Under the pieces are notes generated by a model, which saw nothing but the letters and a program-made list of their open reading frames with translations, was not told where the DNA came from and did no database searches. Source: Gammaproteobacteria bacterium (GTDB taxonomy: Bacteria > Pseudomonadota > Gammaproteobacteria > SZUA-152). Taken from it: a DNA stretch of 64,000 bases. Position numbers and translations under genes: made by a program. This document shows positions 59,008 through 64,000 of the stretch, in pieces. The first letter of the stretch is position 1, and each line of letters opens with the position of its first letter. Where the stretch lies: the NCBI GenBank assembly GCA_032250735.1, contig JAVVEP010000003.1:63962-127961 (forward strand), written 5' to 3'.

Positions 59008-60333
59008 GTGGACATCACACGCATACAGCAACAGGCCGAACAACTCTTTGCCAGGCTGGTTGACTGGGTGACCAGCCCGGTATTTTATGCCCAGCTCGGT
59101 TTCATCATCGTCGCCATCATTCTGGCCTACGCCCTCAGCCTGCTGCTAAGGCGCCATTCCCCCCTGCTCCGAGAGGCCCCGCGCGAAGGCCCGCTGCACT
59201 TCCTGCGCAACGGCATCTACCAGGCCCGGGACCTGCTGTTTCCGCTGTTCGTTATTCTCCTCATGACGGCGGCCGTCGACCTCAGCGAATACATTCTCCG
59301 CCAGGCCTGGCTGGTGCGCATTGCCGAGGGCCTGGCGGTGGTGCTGATGATCTACAGCGTGATCTCGCGCTTTATCGTCAACCGGCTGGTTCAATCACTA
59401 GTGAAATGGATTGCGATTCCTATCGCGATCCTGCAGGTCTTTGGGCTGCTGGATAATGCGGTTGGCTATCTGGAATCCCAGTTCGTCGAGATCGGCAATA
59501 TCAGGATATCCGCCTATGGCGTGGTGCGGGTGATCATCTTCGGCGCCGTGCTTTTCTGGCTGGGCCGCATCTCCAACACGCTCGGACAGCGGGTGATACG
59601 CCAGCAGGCCCATCTGGAAATAGGCACCCGTGAGATCTTTGCCAAACTGTATCAGGTCGGCCTGTTTGTGGTGATTTTCATCCTGTTATTGCAGGTCATG
59701 GGGGTCAACATTACGGCCCTGGCCGTGTTTGGCGGGGCCCTGGGGGTAGGGCTGGGTTTTGGTTTGCAGTCCATCGCCTCCAATTTTATCTCCGGCGTGA
59801 TCCTGCTGCTCGACCACTCGCTGGCGGTGGGTGATTACATCGAACTGGAGGACGGACGCGTGGGCACCATCCGCGAGCTGAACATGCGCTCCACCACCCT
59901 GGAGACCTACGACGGCAAGGACATCATGGTGCCCAATGAACAGTTCATTACCAGCAGCTTTACCAACTGGACGCACAAGAACAAGAAGCAGCGCTATACC
60001 ATTGAGCTCCAGGTGGCCTACAGCACGGACCTGCACACACTGTTCCCCCTGCTCCGGGAGGTCGTCTCCAGCCATCCCCAGGTGCTCAGTGGTCCGCAGC
60101 TGCCCGTTGAAGAGCGTGCCGATGCGGAGATAAAGAGTTTTGGCGAATCGGGCGTCAACATCCTGATCGAATTCTGGATGGAGGGCATCGATGACGGCGA
60201 GCACCGGGTCGGCGCCGATCTGCTGCTGATGATCTGGGATACCCTGAAGCAACACAAGGTCGAGATCCCCTTCCCGCAACGCGAGGTCAGGATCGTCACG
60301 GTGGGGCAGGGGTCAGGCCCGGAGCCGGTTTAG
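59008..60333 (+). CDS. Mechanosensitive ion channel (MscS family)
   Basis: Multiple N-terminal TM helices, then NFISGVILLLDHSLAVGDYIELEDGRVGTIRELNMRSTTLETYDGKDIMVPN. Confidence 0.88.
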   Translation: MDITRIQQQAEQLFARLVDWVTSPVFYAQLGFIIVAIILAYALSLLLRRHSPLLREAPREGPLHFLRNGIYQARDLLFPLFVILLMTAAVDLSEYILRQAWLVRIAEGLAVVLMIYSVISRFIVNRLVQSLVKWIAIPIAILQVFGLLDNAVGYLESQFVEIGNIRISAYGVVRVIIFGAVLFWLGRISNTLGQRVIRQQAHLEIGTREIFAKLYQVGLFVVIFILLLQVMGVNITALAVFGGALGVGLGFGLQSIASNFISGVILLLDHSLAVGDYIELEDGRVGTIRELNMRSTTLETYDGKDIMVPNEQFITSSFTNWTHKNKKQRYTIELQVAYSTDLHTLFPLLREVVSSHPQVLSGPQLPVEERADAEIKSFGESGVNILIEFWMEGIDDGEHRVGADLLLMIWDTLKQHKVEIPFPQREVRIVTVGQGSGPEPV

Positions 60334-60359
60334 GAATATCGTCTTGAAAGAGTGCCGGA

Positions 60360-60403
60360 GGGGACAGACCTTAGGTCTGTCCCCGGTTCGGTTCAAAACC
60401 GAA
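60360..60403. terminator. Two adjacent hairpins between convergent genes (GGGGACAGACC-TTA-GGTCTGTCCCC; TTCGGTT-CAA-AACCGAA)
   Basis: Read directly between the MscS stop (60333) and the pyrD stop (60404). Confidence 0.6.
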
Positions 60404-61354
60404 TCACCCGTTCAGCACCAGGGTCCCCACCAGCTGCTCGACCTCGGCCAGCCCATGGCGCTCCAGGTAATCGACAATCCCGTCGTTGATCTTCTTGCAC
60501 ACCAGCGGGTCATAAAACAGCGCCGTACCCACACCCACCGCCGAGGCGCCGGCAATCATAAATTCAATGGCGTCACTGGCGGTGCAGATGCCGCCCTGGC
60601 CGATGATGGGGATGTCGTGTCCCTTGCACACCTGGTAGACCTGATGGGTCTTTAGCAGGGCCACGGGCTTGATGGCCGGGCCTGACAGGCCGCCCTGGTT
60701 ATTGCCGATCACCGGGGTGCGCGATTCCACGTCGATGGCCATACCCATCAGGGTATTGATCACCGCAAAACCGTCGGTGCCCGCCTCGATGCAGCGGCGG
60801 GCGTTTTCGGCGATATCGGTCTGGTTGGGCGAGAGCTTGGTAATCAGCGGCTTCTTGGTCTGTTTGCGGCAGGCCTCCACCACCCGCGCGGACATGTCCG
60901 GATCATTGCCGAAGGCCACCCCGCCCTCCTTGACGTTGGGACAGGAGATATTGATCTCCATGGCGTCGATGTCGGAGTCGTCAAACAGCCGGGCCACCTC
61001 GGCGTATTCCTCCACCGTGGAACCGGAGATATTGGCGATGAAGCGCGTCTCTGCAAAGTCCAGCGTAGGCAGGATCTGGCTGATGACATGCGCGGCGCCG
61101 GGATTCTGCAGGCCGATGGCGTTGATCATGCCGGCCGGGGTCTCGGTCACCCGGTGCGGCTGATTACCGAGTCGCGGCAGCAGCGTGGTGCCCTTGAGAC
61201 ACACGGCGCCGACATCGCGATTGGTAAAGCCCCTGACCCGTGTGTATTCTTCGCCAAAGCCGACACAGCCGGATAACAGCACGATGGGCGAGTCGAAGCG
61301 CATACCGCAGAATTCGGACGCCAGCATGGATTGTTGCGATTTGTGCACCATCAA
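60404..61354 (-). CDS. pyrD: Class 1 (Cys-type) dihydroorotate dehydrogenase catalytic subunit-like
   Basis: SGCVGFG...MINAIGLQNPG...INISCPNVKEGG...IIGQGGI. No N-terminal membrane helix. Confidence 0.7.
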   Translation of the reverse strand: MMVHKSQQSMLASEFCGMRFDSPIVLLSGCVGFGEEYTRVRGFTNRDVGAVCLKGTTLLPRLGNQPHRVTETPAGMINAIGLQNPGAAHVISQILPTLDFAETRFIANISGSTVEEYAEVARLFDDSDIDAMEINISCPNVKEGGVAFGNDPDMSARVVEACRKQTKKPLITKLSPNQTDIAENARRCIEAGTDGFAVINTLMGMAIDVESRTPVIGNNQGGLSGPAIKPVALLKTHQVYQVCKGHDIPIIGQGGICTASDAIEFMIAGASAVGVGTALFYDPLVCKKINDGIVDYLERHGLAEVEQLVGTLVLNG

Positions 61355-61396
61355 TTCTCTACCCTAATTTATGCCTTTGGAGTTGCCCGCCAGCCT

Positions 61397-61867
61397 ATGT
61401 TCCACGTCGTTCTTTTTCAACCCGAGATCCCGCCCAACACCGGCAATATCATCCGCCTGTGCGCCAACTGCGGTGCACAGCTACACCTGATTCGCCCGCT
61501 GGGCTTCGAGATGTCCAATAAACAGCTGCGCCGCGCCGGGCTGGATTATCACGAATTTGCCGAGGTGCAGATCCATGACGACTTTGCGTCCTTTGTGCAG
61601 CAACTCAAACCCGCGCGCCTCTTCGCCTGCTCCACCAAGGGGCGGCAGGATTATACCGCGCCCGACTATCGGGCGGGGGATGCCTTTTTATTTGGACCGG
61701 AGACGCGAGGCCTGCCACTGGAGATCCTGGAGGAATTACCGGCCGGGCAGCGCCTGCGCATCCCGATGCTGCCCGACAACCGCAGCCTGAACCTCGCCAA
61801 CGCCGTGGCGATTATCGTCTACGAGGCCTGGCGACAACAGGGTTTTGCGGGTGCGGTCGAACGGTAA
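61397..61867 (+). CDS. trmL: tRNA (cytidine/uridine(34)-2'-O)-methyltransferase
   Basis: MFHVVLFQPEIPPNTGNIIRLCANCGAQLHLI...FLFGPETRGL...SLNLANAVAI. Confidence 0.9.
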   Translation: MFHVVLFQPEIPPNTGNIIRLCANCGAQLHLIRPLGFEMSNKQLRRAGLDYHEFAEVQIHDDFASFVQQLKPARLFACSTKGRQDYTAPDYRAGDAFLFGPETRGLPLEILEELPAGQRLRIPMLPDNRSLNLANAVAIIVYEAWRQQGFAGAVER

Positions 61868-61946
61868 TCCAGAATATAGAACTCACCACGGGGATGCGTG
61901 AAGGCTGACAGGTGGGAAGGCCACATCCCCGCAGTGAGTAAACCTT

Positions 61947-62813
61947 TTATGCGGCCTGCTCTTCCTCGGCCGCGCTGTGATCGGTGATGACTGCGCCGGC
62001 GGCCCCGGCGGCAGCCGGTGCCTCGCCCGGGCGCTGCTGCCGCTCATAGAGGAATTTCAGCACCTCGCTGCGGTAGTGGTTATAGGCCGGGTCATCCGCC
62101 AGGCGGATACGGTTGCGCGGGCGCGCCAGCGGGACATCCAGGATTTCACCCACCGTGGCGGCCGGGCCGTTGGTCATCATCACGATGCGGTCGGACAGCA
62201 ATACCGCCTCATCCACATCGTGGGTGATCATGATCACGGTATTGCCCAGCGCAGCATGGATCTCCATCACCGAGTCCTGCAGGTGGGCGCGGGTCAGCGC
62301 GTCCAGCGCCCCGAAGGGTTCGTCCATCAGCAACACCCTGGGCTCCATGGCCAGGGCGCGGGCGATCCCTACCCGCTGCTTCATACCGCCGGAGATCTCC
62401 GACGGCAGTTTGTGTTTGGCATGGGTCATCTGCACCAGGGCCAGGTTGTGCTCAATCCACTCCACCATTTCCGCCCGGGTCTTGCGGCCCTTGAACACCT
62501 GCTTCACGGCCAGCTCCACATTCTGATAGGCAGTCAACCAGGGCAGCAGGGAGTGATTCTGGAACACCACCGCCCGTTCCGGGCCCGGCTCATTGACCTC
62601 CCGGCCATCCAGGATCACGCCACCGGAGGTCGCCTCATAGAGTCCCGCTACGATATTCAGCACCGTGGATTTACCGCACCCCGAGTGGCCGATCAGCGAA
62701 ACAAACTCCCCGGCGTGCATTTGCAGATTGAAATTGTCCAACGCCCGAAAGGGGCCGTTGTCGGTGGGAAAGTCGATACACACCTGTGACAGTAATAGAT
62801 GTTCTTTGCTCAT
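61947..62813 (-). CDS. NitT/TauT-family ABC importer ATP-binding protein (nitrate/cyanate/bicarbonate/sulfonate type)
   Basis: GHSGCGKST, ISGGMKQR and LLMDEPFGALD. ATG 62813 (MSKEHL) was chosen. Confidence 0.85.
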   Translation of the reverse strand: MSKEHLLLSQVCIDFPTDNGPFRALDNFNLQMHAGEFVSLIGHSGCGKSTVLNIVAGLYEATSGGVILDGREVNEPGPERAVVFQNHSLLPWLTAYQNVELAVKQVFKGRKTRAEMVEWIEHNLALVQMTHAKHKLPSEISGGMKQRVGIARALAMEPRVLLMDEPFGALDALTRAHLQDSVMEIHAALGNTVIMITHDVDEAVLLSDRIVMMTNGPAATVGEILDVPLARPRNRIRLADDPAYNHYRSEVLKFLYERQQRPGEAPAAAGAAGAVITDHSAAEEEQAA

Positions 62814-62888
62814 CGTAAATCTCCTGAAACATTCAACGCCAATGGCGCGGTTGATCATCGCTATCGCGTGTTGCGCTGCGTGATGTGG

Positions 62889-63908
62889 TTAGCGAATCAT
62901 TGCGCCCTTGTCCCATGACACCCGGCGCTGCAGGGACAGCATCAGGCGATCCAGCAAAAAGCCGATCAGTCCGATCACAAACACGGCCACCATGATGCGG
63001 CCCAGGGAGTTGGAACTGCCGTTCTGGAATTCATCCCACACAAACTTGCCCAACCCCGGGTTCTGCGCCAGCATCTCGGCGGCAATCAGCACCATCCAGC
63101 CGATGCCCAGCGACAGGCGCAGCCCGGTAAACATCATCGGGATGGACGAGGGCAACACCACTTTGATCACCTGGGTCATCCAGTTCAGACGCAATACCCG
63201 GCTTACATTGATCAGGTCCTTATCGATGCTCGCCACCCCCACGGTGGTATTGATCAGGGTCGGCCACAGACAGCACAGGGTGACGGTGATCGCCGAGGTG
63301 ACGAACGACTTCGAAAACAGCGGGTCGTCGCTCACGTACACCGCGCTCACCACGATGGTGACTATCGGCAGCCACGCCAGCGGCGAGACCGGCTTAAAGA
63401 TCTGGATCAATGGATTCATTGCCCGATACAGGGTGGCATTCAATCCGCAGAGTATGCCGAGGGGAATCGCGATCAGACTGCCCAGCAGAAACCCGGTCGC
63501 CACCGTCAACAGGCTGGTAAAGATCTGGTCGATGAAGGTCGGCTTGCCGGTGTAGGGGCGGACCTTTTCCACCGCAGCGGGATTTTCGGCCAGCTTTTCC
63601 AGATAGCGCTGTTTCTGCCGCGCATAAAATCCCGCCTCCCTCTCACGCTCGGCAACATGCTCATCCAGCAGCCCCATCGCCTGCGACCAGACCTGGGCCG
63701 GCCCCGGCAGCTGACCCAGGGAGGTCTCGATCTGCGCGGCCCCTACATTCCACAGCAACAGAAACAACACAAAGGCCACCACGGGGGCGACCGTTGCCTG
63801 CATGACACCCTTCAAGCGTGCTCGTAACCAGACCAGCCCGTCCGGCATCTGCCTTTTAAGGGGCACACGCTCGCCCTTTATCTCCTCACTGACTTCTGCC
63901 GTATTCAT
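62889..63908 (-). CDS. NitT/TauT-family ABC importer permease (NrtB-like, long N-terminus)
   Basis: Polytopic, with the EAA-type loop region ...INVSRVLRLNWMTQVIKVVLPSSIPMMFTGLRLSLGIGW. Confidence 0.85.
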   Translation of the reverse strand: MNTAEVSEEIKGERVPLKRQMPDGLVWLRARLKGVMQATVAPVVAFVLFLLLWNVGAAQIETSLGQLPGPAQVWSQAMGLLDEHVAEREREAGFYARQKQRYLEKLAENPAAVEKVRPYTGKPTFIDQIFTSLLTVATGFLLGSLIAIPLGILCGLNATLYRAMNPLIQIFKPVSPLAWLPIVTIVVSAVYVSDDPLFSKSFVTSAITVTLCCLWPTLINTTVGVASIDKDLINVSRVLRLNWMTQVIKVVLPSSIPMMFTGLRLSLGIGWMVLIAAEMLAQNPGLGKFVWDEFQNGSSNSLGRIMVAVFVIGLIGFLLDRLMLSLQRRVSWDKGAMIR

Positions 63909-64000
63909 AGCTCACCTGTCGCCTTCTTTGTCTTGTCTAAAAGTCTTGTCTAAAAGTCTTGCCTGAAAAATCCATCATCGCCGAGCACTGCCTGTTGGTA

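Noticed and set aside
61882-61930. Imperfect 15-nt inverted repeat CTCACCACGGGGATG ... CATCCCCGCAGTGAG between trmL and the ABC ATPase gene, considered as a terminator.
   Set aside because: The loop is about 27 nt, the arms have 2 mismatches and there is no T tract. It is plausible as a structure, but too weak to annotate.

Overview
This is a chromosomal segment from a high-G+C genome that looks gammaproteobacterial. The gene order mlaFEDCB-ibaG-murA-hisGDC is Pseudomonas-like, but the genus cannot be assigned from sequence alone. I count about 75 protein genes and saw no rRNA, tRNA, CRISPR array or transposase by eye.

Backbone genes: leuS; a CsgG-like/TPR/YcfL/LpoB lipoprotein operon; an ABC-F ATPase; malic enzyme; rpmE; a DegS-type protease; and DeaD. 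An almost uninterrupted minus-strand run follows (about 36.3-54.3 kb). Read in the direction of transcription it is mlaF-mlaE-mlaD-(TolC-like)-mlaC-mlaB, an ABC-2 exporter, ibaG, murA, hisGDCBHAFIE, a HIT protein and tatABC. After that come rpiA, ilvA, an MscS channel, class-1 pyrD, trmL and a nitrate/sulfonate-type ABC importer.

Most notable observations:
(i) A compositionally foreign, translationally coupled 4-gene module at 1-5961. It encodes a class-III aminotransferase, a PHP-glycosyltransferase fusion, a PSD-family pyruvoyl decarboxylase and a His-rich membrane protein. I cannot map it to a described pathway.
(ii) A TolC-family gene embedded in the mla operon.
(iii) A family of palindromic GTAGGGTGGGCAWYGCCCACC elements tied to heptanucleotide microsatellites. 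It includes a 237-bp-period tandem duplication and an insertion between hisI and hisE that is bridged by a 48-codon ORF.
(iv) An AT-rich in-frame insertion in leuS, plus a low-GC orphan zinc-ribbon gene where leuS-lptE-holA synteny is normally found.
(v) A membrane-anchored HExxHxxGxxD protein coupled to a DUF2905 gene.
(vi) A degenerate 14-bp x 8 tandem array in a divergent promoter region.

All functional calls rest on motif and family recognition by eye. No database search or computation was run.
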